64,000 nucleotides of DNA from Felis catus (Eukaryota), in the NCBI RefSeq assembly GCF_018350175.1, contig NC_058383.1:2108001-2172000 (forward strand), read 5' to 3'. The notes below the pieces were generated by a model. That model ran no database searches. It saw only the letters and a list, made by a program, of their open reading frames with translations, and had not been told where the DNA came from. Each line of letters opens with the position of its first letter. Within the stretch, counting starts at the first letter, position 1. Made by a program: the position numbers and the translations under genes. This document shows, piece by piece, positions 12,078 through 25,142 of this stretch.

Positions 12078-12544
12078 TGTGCTGTGTCCTATCGCTGCCG
12101 TACTAAATCACCGTGGACTTGGTGGCTTCAAACAGCACAATGTACCGTCTTACGGCCCTGTGGGTCAGAGATGGGTGTCACGGGCTAAACTCAAGGCGTG
12201 ACCAGGGTTCCTCGTGGAGGTTCTGGGGGAGCATCGGTTTCCTTGCTTTTTCCAGCTTCTAGAAGCCTCCGGCATCCTCAGCTGGAGGTCAGCTGCCCGG
12301 CTCAGGGTCGCAAGAGCGCTCCCCCGACGTGGTGGGCTGCCGGCTTCGCTTCCCCCCCTGACGCCTGTGATGGCATCGCGGGGGGGGGGCGCAGGGGGGG
12401 CAGCCACAGGACCCTGGTAATCTCCCCCTCTCTGGCTTCACTTATCCACTTCTTCAATGTCCCTTTGACCACGGAAGGTGGCAGTCACAGGTTCCAGGGA
12501 TGAGCCCCTGGACATCTCTGGGGGGCTCCTTCCTGCCCGCCGCA
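12078..12544 (-). mobile_element. MaLR solo LTR (MLT1-like)
   Basis: cttggtggcttcaaacagcaca...ttccagcttctagaagc...cacaggttccagggat hallmark blocks. Confidence 0.7.
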
Positions 12545-13480
12545 TCCCCCTTCTGTGCGTCTGTCCGTGTCCTCGTGCATTTCTCTGACCGTCGGCGCAC
12601 CTGTGCGTTATTTCCCCATCTGTCCGGTCAGCGGCCGGCCAGGGAGCAGCCCTCTCTCTGTCCATCTTCCCATCCGCCGGCCTGGCTTCCCTCTTTCCTT
12701 TCCACCCGCAGCCATCCAAGTCGTCCGTCCGTCCACTCACACGCCCGTCTTCCGTCTGTCTGTCCGTAAGGGGCAGGACGCTAAGTAGGGAAGATCGGAG
12801 AGTCGTGGCAGGTGTGGGGGGTGCAGGCCGGGGCCCGGCTCGGTCTTCCTCTCCCTCACGACTCCTTCCTGAGACCTCTAGCCATCCCCGCCCCCGAGAC
12901 CGGTGGCTTCCCGGGTCCAGAGCGGGGCTCTCCGAGTTCAGGGGGGCGCAGCCCACCCTCCGGGAGCCCTGACCCCGTGGTGCCTGGAGGTGTTTGTTCA
13001 GTGGGATCAGACCCGGCGTCGGCCCCAGGGGCCGCGGACGGAGCCACACTGCCTGACGGACAGACGGATGCAGGGATGCAGGGGTGGGTGGGCCCCCCCA
13101 CCCCACCCGCGTGGGCCCCCCCCACTCGCATTCCCTCCTTGCCCCTCCTGAGCTCAGCCCCCGGGGCGAGCCCTGGATTCCAGGAGAGGCTGTGGGAAAG
13201 GCCCCTCGCGGACCCCTCGCCGGCTTCAGGGCATCTTGTGGGGGAGCGTTGGTCGCTCAGAGCTTGGGGAGAGGGCCCTGGACCGAGCCCAGGATGATTC
13301 GATGAGGAAAAAATGCCCCCACGAGGACTATCTCGCCGCAGCTGCTGAGACAAGCCTGCTTATCCTAGCCTCACCCCCCGTGACCCCCCCCAGCGGGGTG
13401 AGCACGGGGACTCCAGGCTCTCCCGCCCGCGCGGGGGCCCCAGACTAGAGGCCGGGACCCTTGGGGCACTCACACCCCCT

Positions 13481-14250
13481 CTCTGTGAGTCTCACTGTCT
13501 CTCACTGTCTCCTTCCCTCGCTGTCTCTGTCCCTCTCTGTCTCTGTGTCTCCCTATCTCTGTGTCTCACTGTGTCTCACTGTCTCTGTGTCTCACTGCCT
13601 CTGTCCCTCTCTTTCTCTGTCCCTCACTGTCTCTGTCCCTCGCTGTCTCTGTCTCTGTCTCTGTCCCTCATTATTTCCATCCCTCACTGTCTCTGTGTCT
13701 CACTATCTCTGTGTCTCACTGTCTCTGTGCCTTTCTGTCTCTGTCTCTCACTGTCTCTGTCCCTCTCTGTGTCCCTCACTGTCTCTGTGTCTGTCTCTGT
13801 GTCTCACTGTCTCTGTCCCTCTCTGTCCCTCATTATCTCCATCCCTCACTGTCTCTCTCTCACTGTCTCTGTCCTTCTCTTTCTCTGTCTCTCACTATCT
13901 CTGTCCCTCACTGTCTCTCTCCCTCACTGTCTCTGTGTCTCACTGTCTCTGTGTCTGTCTCTGTGCCTCTCTGTCTCTGTCCCTCACTGTCTCTGTGCCT
14001 CTCTGTCTCTGTCCCTCACTGTCTCTGTCCCTCACTGTCTCTGTCTCTGTCTCTGTCCCTCATCTCCATCCCTCACTGTCTCTGTGTCTCACTATCTCTG
14101 TGTCTCACTGTCTGTGTCTCACTATGTCTGTCTCTCACTGTGCCTCTCTGTCTCTGTCCCTCACTGTCTCTGTCCCTCTCTGTGTCTCACTGTCTGTCCC
14201 TCACTGTCTTCATCACTCTCTGTCCCTATGTCTGTATCTTTATCTCTGCT
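13481..14250 (+). repeat. ~750 bp pyrimidine-rich (TGTCTC)/(CTCACTGTCTCTGTCC) satellite
   Basis: Continuous tandem variants of ctcactgtctctgt. Confidence 0.95.
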
Positions 14251-14578
14251 CCCTACACTCACTCTCTGGCCACATCTCACCTCTTGGGGCCTCATGGGCA
14301 CAGAGGCCCCGCCCCATAGTCCGACAACCCAGGATTCTACCCTCGTGCCCCCCCCCCACCGCCCCGGTCCTCAGGGACCTCTTCTCCAGGATGGCATCCT
14401 AGTGGCCGCTGGGAGTGACCTCAGTGCAGGCAGTGACCCCTGCGGGTGCCCCCCAGGACCTGCATTTCCCCCTCCGCCTGCCTGGGTGTTGAGGTGGGGC
14501 CAGCCTGGGGTCCTAGAACAGGATGCCATTTGGTCAGGGCCTGTGACTCAGCATTGCTCAGGGTCCGCGGCCAGCACT

Positions 14579-14580
<2 letters not shown>

Positions 14581-14637
<57 letters not shown>

Positions 14638-14640
14638 CGT
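14581..14640 (+). repeat. (TG)n microsatellite
   Basis: About 29 TG units with minor interruptions. Confidence 0.97.
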
Positions 14641-17600
14641 GTGGACAGGTGGGGTGTGTGTGTCTGTGGACAGGCCGGGTGTGCATGGATGGGGGCGGGT
14701 GTGGGTGAGTGGGTGTGTGGACATGTGCACGGGGGGATGGGTGTACGCTCGGCTGGGCTGAGACAGATGCTTCGTGTTCCCTGGCCCCAGCAGGGCAGTG
14801 GCGGTCACCTGTGCCCAAAGCCCGCCCCCACCCACCGGCCGGCCCAGTGCCCCACAGGCTCCCCACGTGGCCTCCAGCGGCACAGGCCAGAGAGGCCGCC
14901 GCGGGCCCCTGGCGCGTGGCCTCTGGGAGGTGGGCAGGAAGGGGTGCGGCTGCCTCGTGGGCCAGGGCTGCCGGGGGGGCAGGAAGGGAGGCGGGCTGTG
15001 CCGCGGGTGTCCCGGAGGTCACCGGGAGCCGGGCGGGCAGGGTGGACGGCCGCTTGAGAGCCCTGCCCCCCGCCACCCGCCCCCGACCCGCCTCTGGCGT
15101 CTCTCGGGGCCGAGGTGACGCCTGCTCCCCGGCCTTCCCTGTGGACTCCTCCAGACCTGTCCGCCCCTGCGTCTGAGACCCCGCCGGGCCTACGCCGGTC
15201 ACGTCGCTGAGGTGTCCTGCTCCCCTGCTCCAGCAGAACCCCCGCCGGCATGATCGGACCCCCGACTCCGGGGCCCTGTGTGCGCGAGCCTGGGCCTCAG
15301 CCCGAAGCCCTTCGCCGGGGACGGGCTCTCCCATTTCCTCCCCTGCCGGGCCTCCCGCAGCCCTGGGCCCAGATGCTGGGCTTCCTTCCACGTGCCGACG
15401 AGCCAGAGAGTCGCAGCGTGCGCCTGGACCCCCCTCCCCGCCCCTGGTGCAGGGCCCGGGGTCCCTCACCTGCCGGCTGCTGCTCACCCGTGGGACGCAC
15501 CCACCGTGCCGTCAGCAGGGGCCCCGGGAGCAGTTGTTTGGTGAGGAAGGGGAGTGACACACAGTCCCGTGCCCAGGCTGGCCCCCTGGGGCTCCCAGGA
15601 GAGCAGTGTGGCCCCTCCCCACTTGCCCCCGCACCTGTGAGGCCGGTGGGGCCCTGGGGCCAGTGGACGGGGTGGCGGTGGGTCTCCTCTGCCCATTTGG
15701 GGCGCTTTCCAGGTGGGGGCTGTGGACGGGGGTTGGGGTCCAGAAAAGCAGGGAGGCTGATGGGTGGGGACAGGGAGCGTGGCAGGCCCGCTCTGTCCCC
15801 AAGCCGTTCCCTCTCAGCCCCCTGCCCACCAGACACACACACGCACACGTGTGCACACGCCGGGCACGCACCTCCCGCTGTAAATACTGGGGCTGGGCTG
15901 GGAGTATGCCACCCCGGGACAGTGATGGGCCCTCACCGGCTTCTTCCCCCGCAACACCGGCCCCGCTCGGCCACCAGCACCCGGTTGCCCTGCGGGTGGC
16001 CTGCAGCGTGGGGCCACCGGGACCTGGGCCTTTCAGTCCAGGCGGTGGGTTGGATCCTGGATTTCCAAGGCCGCCCCCACTTCCGCTCTCTGGTTTATGC
16101 TCAGATAGCCCCACCCCAGCCCCAATTCTGTTTTGTGGTAGGGGGCGCCAAGGCCCAAAGAGCCACGCTAGCTCCCGGTTGGGGGGGGGGGGGTGGCTGG
16201 CAGTCAGGACCAGGGCACAGGCCAAGCTTCCCTCCCGTCCACTCCGGCTCTGTCCAGGGTGGGGGCTGCGTCCCGTCCATCCGTCTGTGCATTGTTCCTA
16301 GCCACAGCGGAGGGGAGGGGCTGAGGGAGGGGGGAGGGAGGAGCAGGGGTGGGGAGGGGAGCGCCGGACCTGTTCACAAGCGTCTTCCCAGCCTCCACCC
16401 CTCCTTACCTCCCCAGGCCCTTCCCAGGCGGAAAATTCAATTAGTTTCGAGCAACTGCTTTGCTGAAGAGCCAGAGAGAGGGGTGATGAGGGGACGGGGG
16501 TCCGCCTGGCGGCTGGGGTGCGCGCTGGGGGGAGGGGAGGCCAACAGCCCGCTTGTGTCTGCGGGTTTCTGCCGAGTCCCTGTGCCTGTGTGACTTAGTG
16601 TGTGACTTGGGGTCCCAGGGTCCTTGCGTGCCCACGTCTGGCCCCTGCACGCAGACGGCCCTCACAGCCCTCAGCACCCCCACGTGTGCACTGGCATTCG
16701 CCGTAACTGCCAGCCAGGCCCTGGGCTCTGGCGAGTGGATGTCCAGTTGTGGGACGGGGGTGAACACAGGGCGGGGCGGGGGGGGGTGGCAACCTCCCTG
16801 CAAATTGCACACACAGGGTGTGGTGTGGCGCTTAGCTTCCCAGACTGGGTGCCATCCCCTTGGTTCCACACTGGCTCCTTGTCTGGTCCCCATACACTCT
16901 AGCCTTCTGGCCACAGGGCCTTTGCCCATACCATTCCCCCAGGCCTGCAAGCTTCCCCTCAAAGAACCTGGTCCCAGCATGCGTCTGCCCTTGTTTCTCA
17001 TTCTCCTTTCATCCCTGGGCTTCGAGGCATGCAGCCAAAATCTCCCGCTGTGAGGAAATGGGGTAGCCCTGTCTGGACCAGTCTCTGTCCCTGTGCCCGG
17101 AGTGGTGCTCAATTGGTCGAGTGAATGAAGTGTCGGGCCCACACAGAAGTTTAGAAAACAGGTCCTGCGATAGACACACACTTCTCTTCCTAGCAGACTC
17201 CTATGCACCCTGCCGTGGCCCGGCTTCCGGCACCCCCTCCTCCAGGACGTCCAGAGTGCTCTGAGGATCATTGGGAACAAAGGCCCTGAGCCTGGGGTAT
17301 CTGTGCTTTCTTCTGGGACCCAATGTGCCCTGTCTCCGGCCCGTGGTCTGCCATCATCCCCCCCAGTTAGCCTGACCCGGTGAGTGCAAGACCCCTCCTT
17401 CCTGCTGTGATCACTCAGGACCCGCTCAGGGCCCGTGGGAGAAGATCCGATCATCTGCCTCTTCGTGGAGGGCTCCCATGGCCCATGCCACCCAGGGTGC
17501 AGGCTGGGGGCAGGGGTGCCCATCTGACCCAGTCCTTTGTCCTGGCACCCCTGCTCCACACTGCCCAGCTGGCCTTCCCCCCCCCCTCCCCGGGGTCTCC

Positions 17601-20600
17601 CTCTCACTTCACTCCCCAATTCCAGGGGCTCTCTGAGGTCATGAGAAGTTGAGGGGCACCCACCTGAGCCCACACACAGTGGGCACCCGGGACACAGACC
17701 CACAGGGCGGCCAGGTTGGGGGGAAAGGAGGCCGCTGCCTGTCTGAGTGTGTTTCTTTATCCAAGTCCCCAGACACCGGCAGGGACGGCCCCTGCTTTCC
17801 TGAGGGGCCCCTCCCAGCAGGTAGAGGGTGGGGAGGGGGCTCCCAGGGCCCGCTAGGGAAGGAAGGAGGTTTGAGAAGGCCAGATGCGGGGAGGGGCCCC
17901 TGTGCAGAGGAATGTGGGCCAGCCCCTCCTCCTTCCCCAGGAGGGACAGAGGCAGATGGCAGCTGGGGGGTTGAGGACAAGGGGGAGGCCCAGCCGGCCC
18001 AGCCTGAGGCTCCGAAGGGCGCCTGTGGCCCCTCCTCGGTAGCTGTGGGGGCACATCCTTCTCAAGTTCCTGGCCCCCCAGCCCGCACCAGCTGTGTGCA
18101 GCTGGGGCCTCACCCTGAGGAAACCCAACACTGGCAGGGGGGGTGGGGGTGGGGGCCAGGGCGCCAGCCTGCTCCCCGACCACTGTGCGTGGGCTCCCCC
18201 CACCACCACTTGTGGTCTGCCGGGCGGCTCATCAGTAAGGAGGCTGGAGTGTGAGCACCGCGCCTGGGGCCTGGCGGGTGACATCATCCCAGAGAAGGCT
18301 GGAGGACGCGGTGTCGAGGGGTGGGTGCCCGTGAGGGGCCGGTTTTCCACTGGCCAGGCTCTGGCAGCTCCCTTCTCCCGTGGGAGCCTCCCCCCCCTCC
18401 CAGAAGGGACAGGGCTGAGCCCAGGGACCCGTGCTCAGGATGAGGGACTGAGCTTTGGAGATGCAGCCACGTGGCCGATGCCTTGCAGAGCAGGCCGGAT
18501 GCCCACCTCGGGGCCTGCCTTCCCCCCAGCGTCCCCCCCTACCCGAGGCCCTCCACGCCCTCCAGTGCCCAGGCCGCCGGCTGCCTCCACCCCCTGGGTT
18601 CTGCCCGGAGCCCAGAGGGTAGAGCCATGCGGGGAGGGGGCTTCCAGATGGCTGGAATCCCGCGTCAACAGGGCTTAGACACCTGCCCAGCCTCTTCCCG
18701 CCCTCCCCTCTGCCTGCCCAGGCGCTTCTGCACATCTCAGCTTTCCAGGGGCTTTGCTTCCCTGGCCAGAGTCTGAGCCTCCTGCTCTGGGGTGGGGAGG
18801 GGCGCCGTGTCCTCACCCTGTCCCTGGCAGGCGTTCCCCACTCCCAAGCACACACAGGCCCCAAAGGCCAGGCCCCTTGCTGGCCCTGCGTCCAGCCGAG
18901 GGCTAACCTGACGGATGACCGTGGCATATTTTCTGGGCGTGCGTGAGGCCGGAGCACTGTGGAAGGAGCCCAGCAGGCACGGCACCCCAGGGAGAGGGCC
19001 AGGGAGATCAGAGGGCAGGCCTCGGTGTGGCCCTGGGCCCCGCCTCAGGTGGTCACGCAGCCAGGGGACAGGTCACTTCTGGGGCTCGGAGTAGAAGGCC
19101 CAGGCAGAGCCGGCAGGAGGGGTCAGCACGGCAGTGGGGGTGGCCCCGGCGCTAGGCCCAGGCTCCCCTCCCCCACCATGCAGGCCAGAGGCGGCCACTC
19201 TGGCCCACCGCCCCACGCTGTGGTCCTCGGGCCTGGCTTGGATCAGCACGGCCACGTGGACCCTGTGGCCTCGAGCACCTACAGCTCTCCCCTCGACCCC
19301 GGGGCCCCAATATCTCCCCATCCAGTGGGTGTCTGGCTGGGCAACTCTCAGCCCCTCTCAGGCAGTGGGGGAATGCAGGGAGGAAGGTGGGGGCTCATTC
19401 CTGTCCCGGTGGCACCTGCCCGCCCGCCGGTCCCGCCTGCCCATTGGGCCCCTCCTCCTCCGCTGCATCTTTTCAGGGTCCGACAAGCCTTTTCAGGGCT
19501 GACGGATGGCAGGTCTGGATTTCCATGTCAATGGGCCGGGCGCTGCCTGGTAAGCTGGTTAACAAGCCCCCAGCCCCACTGGGGAGGCTGTGCCGGTGTT
19601 AACACAGGCCCCTTTCTCCCAAGGCTCCGCGGCCTCGCGGTTGCCATGGCGCCCTGCGTGGCCTTTCGGGCCACGGCTAATCCTTTCTCTGGCGCTTTCA
19701 TCCTGGCTGTCCCACCCCCAGGCTGGTCGCCGGTAACTCAGCCTTGCCCAACAAGGCTGGTTTCTCCGCCGGGGTCAGAGGAGGCCGTAAATCCAGCCCC
19801 CTGCCCCGGCCCTTTGTCCCTGGCATTGTCCCCAAGTCCCCAGCCGCCCCCTCCTCCGGGGACTCCGGTGGCGGGAAGGGAGCCTCTGCCAAGTGGTCAG
19901 CTCCTGTCCTGTGGAGGAGGGGGTCCTGTCCTCGGCTTGTCTGTCCACCCTCGAACCCGAGGTCCTCGGCCCCTTTCTTTCTCTGCTCCTTGACCTCCAG
20001 CCTCGGCCTCTGAGCCATTCCAGGGATGTGCCTGTTCCTGCCTCAGTGCCTTTGCTCTAGCTGTTTGCGCTCTTGTCTGGAACGTTCTTCCCCAGACATC
20101 GCCCCAGCGGACCCCCTTCGAATCTCCACTAGAACGTCACCTTCCTCATGAGGCCACAGGCCCCACATGTCCCACTCCTGTCCCGGCTCTGTTTTCCCCG
20201 CAGCCTAGTGCCTTCTAGCCCACCTCGAGGACCCCGTGTGCGGCCCTCCTTCCGTGCAGGCGGCCGGCTCTTCCGGGGGTGCCTCCGGCCTGGAGCGGGC
20301 AGTGGGCACTCTGCTTGAAGGAGGGCGGCTCTCAGCTCAGAGCAGGGGCAGCTGAGCCCCAAGGACACACGGCATCAAGAGGTGGAGGAGGCCCCAAGTC
20401 TGGGCTGGCCTGACTTCACGCTCGAGGTTTTCACGGAGCCCGGAATCCCACCACAGAGACCGCCTTTCCTCTGTCCTCAGAAGCCAGGATGTCGGTGTTC
20501 AGGAATCCCAGGATTCAATTAGCCTGGCCTCCAGTCCCAGGCGTGGCTCCTGCCCACTTGCATACATCCAGCTATGGGGAGCTCACCACCTGGGGGGTGC

Positions 20601-22580
20601 CGAGTGGGAGGAAGAGCCCAGTCCTGGGCTCCGGCTCAGACGGCAGGGAAGCTTGGCTCGAACGGACCTTGTCTGGGGCTCCTGGCCTTGGGGTGAGCAT
20701 GCCTTGAAACTGGCACACGGGGGGCCTGGCCCGTCCTCCCCGTTCGTGCAGAGATGCTGGTGTTTCCTTGCTCTTTGGGGTCGTGTAGCAATCCCATGAG
20801 GCAGGAAGGCCGGGCACCGGCTCCATTTTACAGCTGAGAAAACTCTTAGGAGCACGGGCTGGAGCCCCCTAGGGGGAGGCAGGGCCTCACTTCTGGCCCT
20901 GAGACCTCCCCCAGGTCGTCTGGCAAAGCGGCCTCTCGCGGAGGGACCGACAGCTTCCTGAGCCTCAGTGCACCCACTGGGGTGGACACGGAGGGTGTCT
21001 GTGGGCCGGTGACCCAGCCCTGGCCTGCCCGCTCCCACCACCGGGCTCTCGGCCCCCGAGGGCCGTGGGGGCTGCCTGGGGGCTGGCCCCCAGCTTCCCG
21101 CCCCACGCGGGCCCCCGGCAGCCCCGAAGGTGGGAGCCGCCCCGAGCAGGCCTGAGCCATGCCGGAGGTGAGGGTGCCGGCCGGGCAAGGCCCCCGTAAA
21201 GGCAGGCCAAAGCTCCGAGGGTATGCAGATCACGAGGGCTGCAGGGGGAGAGGCCAGCCGGGGGAGGGGGTTGCTGACAGCCTCCAGGCGGGAGGGGGGA
21301 AGCGGGGGGGGGGGGGGGGGCGGGAGAACCCGCCAGCCTCGGTGTCCTCATCTGTCACAGGGACTGAGGAGGGGAGCCCTGCCTCACAGGGCCGCGGGGG
21401 CCCCACAGAAAAGGGAGGGATGTTGGGGGCCCTGGACAAGGAGGGGAAGAGGCGGGGGTGGGGGGAGGACCTCTCCGCCATGCGCGTGGGCGAGAGCAGG
21501 ATTCCAGAGCTCCCTGGGGAGGCTCAGGAAGCTCCAACCTTGCAGCTGCCATTGGTCAGGGACCGTGGCCGCCCCCACCCTGCGCTTCCTGCCCCCACTC
21601 CTCCCAGGGGCCCTCCACGGACACGTCGTGAAGGTCGGGCACCTCTTGTCATACGGGAGGCATCACGGCCCAGAGGGGACAAGCGACTTGCTCACCACCA
21701 TGCGGAGAGAACCCGCGACCGCGGGAATGAATGAGGGCCCCGGTGGGGCGGGGGGGGGGGGGTGCCGTGTGAGCGGCCTGTGGCTTGGGCCACCTCCTCC
21801 GAGCAGGACGGCCCCGACGGAGGGCAAGGCCCGGGCGGGGGCAGGCCTTGCCGCTGACCCGGCCGCCACACTGGGGGACAGAGGCCGGCTGCGGCGCCTC
21901 CGGCTCAAGTCCGGGCTCGGTGGAGGCTGGCACGGGCCCCTCGGGGGGCACGCGGGTCTGCAGCTGTGTGGGCGCCCGGGCCCCGAGCGGTGCCGGTCGG
22001 CGCGAGTCAGGGCAGGCCTGCCCACCCGGGAGCAGGCTCAGCTCTGCGCCTGCAGGAGCCGGAGGCCCCCCGTCCGCCACCCTGCCTTCCTGTGTCTCCT
22101 GACCCCCAGCCTCGGCCCCCACCCCGGCAGCTCCTCGGCACCCAATGGACCTGGGGAGCCTTCGTTCTGAGGTCTTGCCCTCTCTGGCCTCAGTTTCCCA
22201 AGCGGCATCCTGCAGGTCCGGGCAACCCCCTCAGGGCGTGGCTCGCTAGCCCGGAGAGACACCCCACCTGGAGTGCGGGCGTGGTGGTCTCGCGAGAGAA
22301 TCAGGGTCGGGGAGGCACGTCTCCGGAACGAGGCGGATCTGAGCTCAAGCTTCGGCTCATGGTCTGAAAACATTTCCTGAACGTAAGTCCCTGCCTGGGC
22401 CCAGCGGCCCGGTGCTGAACCAGACAAGGTCGGGGCTCCGAGGTGCATAGTGCCGCAGGAAGGGGCGGCGGTGACGGTGACCGTGGCCATAGCAGCCACC
22501 TGTTCCCGCAGTCCCGCTCTGCTCCAGGCCGTGTGCGGTAGCTCCTGTGGTGCTCACGACATCTGCTGAGCGGCCCTTCT

Positions 22581-22782
22581 TTTTCTTCTTCTGTTTCGAA
22601 GTGTATTTATTTTTGAGAGACAGCGTGGCCACGAGCGGGAGAGGGAGACAGAGGATCCCAAGCAGATGCCGCACTGTCATGGAGGGAGTCCACTGTGGAC
22701 TAAAACCCACACGCCGTGAGATCGTGACCCGAGCCGAAATCGAGAATCGGCTGCTGAACCGACTGAGCCACCCGGGAACCCC
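22581..22782 (-). mobile_element. CAN-SINE
   Basis: SINE body with perfect TSD gagcggcccttct at 22568-22580 and 22784-22796. Confidence 0.9.
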
Positions 22783-22796
22783 AGAGCGGCCCTTCT

Positions 22797-22915
22797 AATT
22801 ATTCCATTTCACAGTTGAACAAACTGAGGCACAGACAGGTCATGTGACTCACGTGAGGTCAGCCAGCTAATAATCAGCAGAACCGAGAGGTAAACCCCTT
22901 GTGGCTGGCTCCAAT
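22797..22915 (-). mobile_element. MIR fragment
   Basis: ccatttcacagttgaacaaactgaggcacaga...gaggtcagccagctaa. Confidence 0.65.
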
Positions 22916-23965
22916 AGACAGATAAAGAAGCTAAGTCACCTTGAGCGGAGCACGTAGCCCCTCCCAGCCTCAGTTTCCCCAACTACCTGGCCTGAGGCAA
23001 ACCGAGGGCAGGTCTGACAGCTGGCAGTGGGATGCGGCGGGCAGAGCATCCGAGCGTGCGCGGTGGGGCCGCCACTGCGTCCAGCCTCACTTTTCGTTCC
23101 TGCAAAGTGGGGTCTCGATCCCGACCCCCCGCGAGAAACCCGGCAGCTGAGGGGGGCAGGCCCTTCACTGGGGGAGTGTTTCCAGCACCCATCTGGCCAG
23201 CTACAGTCTACCGGCTCGCCTGAGCCAGCGGACTCCAGGCGGGCCCCGCACCCCTTAACCAGAGCAGGATGGGAGCTGCGGAGCTGGCCTGGGAGGTGGG
23301 CCCGGGGGTCCTGGGAAGGGGCTGAGGGGAGGTCACTGTGGACACACCCAGGCGGCCCAGCCCCCTGAGAGATGCACGCAATGGCGTCAGAGTCGGCCGG
23401 GCCCGGCCACAGCCAGACAGCCAACCCCACCTGCCCACCGTCCTCGCCTGTGGCCCCTGGGGAGTGACCCTCCCTCCGGCTCCACAGCGGCGAGGACGGG
23501 AGGAGGCAGAGGAACCGGCTGTGCGGGACACCTGAGCCCGATGACCAGGCCTCCCAGGGGGCGGCCGCCCGGGGGGCTGGGAGGCAGAGACGTGGCCCGT
23601 TCCCACCGCCTACCCCCCTGAGGGCTCGGGAGGAAGCAGGTCAGCAGGTGGTTGGCCAGCTGGGGCCTGGGTCTGCCCCAGCCCGCTTTTGCTGGGCAGG
23701 GGAGACCAGGCCAGGCGCCTTCTGGCCTCAGTTTCTGAATCTGTGACCAGGGATGCTGCCCCTCCCCCCAGGGGCCCCTGGGAGTAGGGCGGATGTGCGG
23801 GACCGTCACTCCACTTCACACACAGGCAGCTGAGACCCGGGGCAGGGCTCACAGGAGGCAGCCGTGCTCCCAGCCCCGCTGCTGTGGGGCCGGTGCTCTG
23901 GGTCTGCCAGCCCCCCGCTGGCTGAGGTCACAGCCATGCTTCCATATAGCATAAAAGATGCGTTG

Positions 23966-24180
23966 GGGGACGCCTGGGCGGCTCAGTCGATCGAGCGTCC
24001 GACTTCTGCTCAGGTCATGATCTCGCGGTTCGTGGGGTCGAGCCCCGCGTCGGGCTCTGTGCTGACAGCTCGGAGCCTGGAGCCTGCTTGGGATTCTGTG
24101 TCTCCCCTTCTATCTGCCCCTTCCCTGCTCACACTCTGTGTCTGTCTCTTAATAATAAATAAACGTTTAAAAAAAAAAAA
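23966..24180 (+). mobile_element. CAN-SINE (SINEC_Fc-like)
   Basis: ggggacgcctgggcggctcagtc... polyA; TSD aaaagatgcgttgg at 23953-23966 and 24177-24190. Confidence 0.93.
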
Positions 24181-24689
24181 GATGCGTTGGAAGGTGAGTT
24201 GAGCCTGTGTCTTGGCACAGGTGATTGCCAGGTGGAAAGCGCCTTCCGGTCCTTGGGGCAATCGCAGGGGGGCAAATACTGGGCCTTGCTGGCCCAGGGC
24301 CTGGTGGCCACCTGCCCGATGCTCATGCCCAGACCTGAGAGCTGAGACAGAAATGCGCTACTCGTGAGAAGGCCCAGCAGAGCCCTGGGTGTTGAGGGGT
24401 TCCTCGACCCCCATCCTTGTGCCGGGCACGTGGCCAGGGGCACGGAGACAGGCCGCCTGGCTGGCTGTGCGTCCCGTGTGGAGGTGGGGACCGCAGGCGG
24501 CACTCTGGTGGGCAGGCCCCGTGGTGCCCACTCTCAAAGCGGCCCCCCCGCCCCCACCATCAACAGGCTCTCTGCCCCTGCTCACTCACATGTGTCAGCC
24601 GTGCCCCCACGGCCCGAGGCTGCTCCCATCAAGGCAGAGGTGCTGGCCTGGCAGTGAGGGAAGGTTGCAGCCTCCCGGATGCCTGGCAT

Positions 24690-25142
24690 CACTGGGGTGA
24701 ATGGTGCCCCCCCCCCCAAAAGACAGGTTCAAGTCCTACCCCACAGAAGGTGCCAAGGGGCCTTATTTGGAGAAAGGGTCTTTGCAGGTGTAATTAAGTG
24801 AAGGATCCTGACGTGGGGTCATCCCGGGTTTAGGGTGGGCCCTAAATCCAATGGCGGGTCCCCTTCTAAGGAGAGAGGAGGACACAGAGGCACCGAGGGA
24901 AGGCAGCCTTGGGAAGGTGAAGGTGGAGGTCAGCGCGGTGCAGCCGCGAGCCGGGGACGGCCTGTGGCAGCCGGCAACCGCCAGAAGCTGGGAGAGGGGC
25001 CTGGGGCAGGCTCGGGGCTCCGGCAGGGACACCCTGCCCGCACCTGCATTCGGACTTCAGGCCCCCAGAAGTGGAAGATGGTAAGCGTCTGTTTTCAGGC
25101 AAGTTTGCGGTAATTTGTGACAGCACCTCAGGACACCAATGC
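24690..25142 (+). mobile_element. MaLR solo LTR (MLT1C-like)
   Basis: ccttatttggagaaagggtctttgcaggtgtaattaag...ggtgggccctaaatccaatg...gtaatttgtgacagca. Confidence 0.78.

Noticed and set aside
13461..14761. Three Cys/Ser/Leu-rich ORFs of 252-396 aa
   Set aside because: Translations of the TGTCTC satellite and the (TG)n repeat.
23966..24060. tRNA-like A/B-box sequences
   Set aside because: These are heads of tRNA-derived CAN-SINEs, not tRNA genes.
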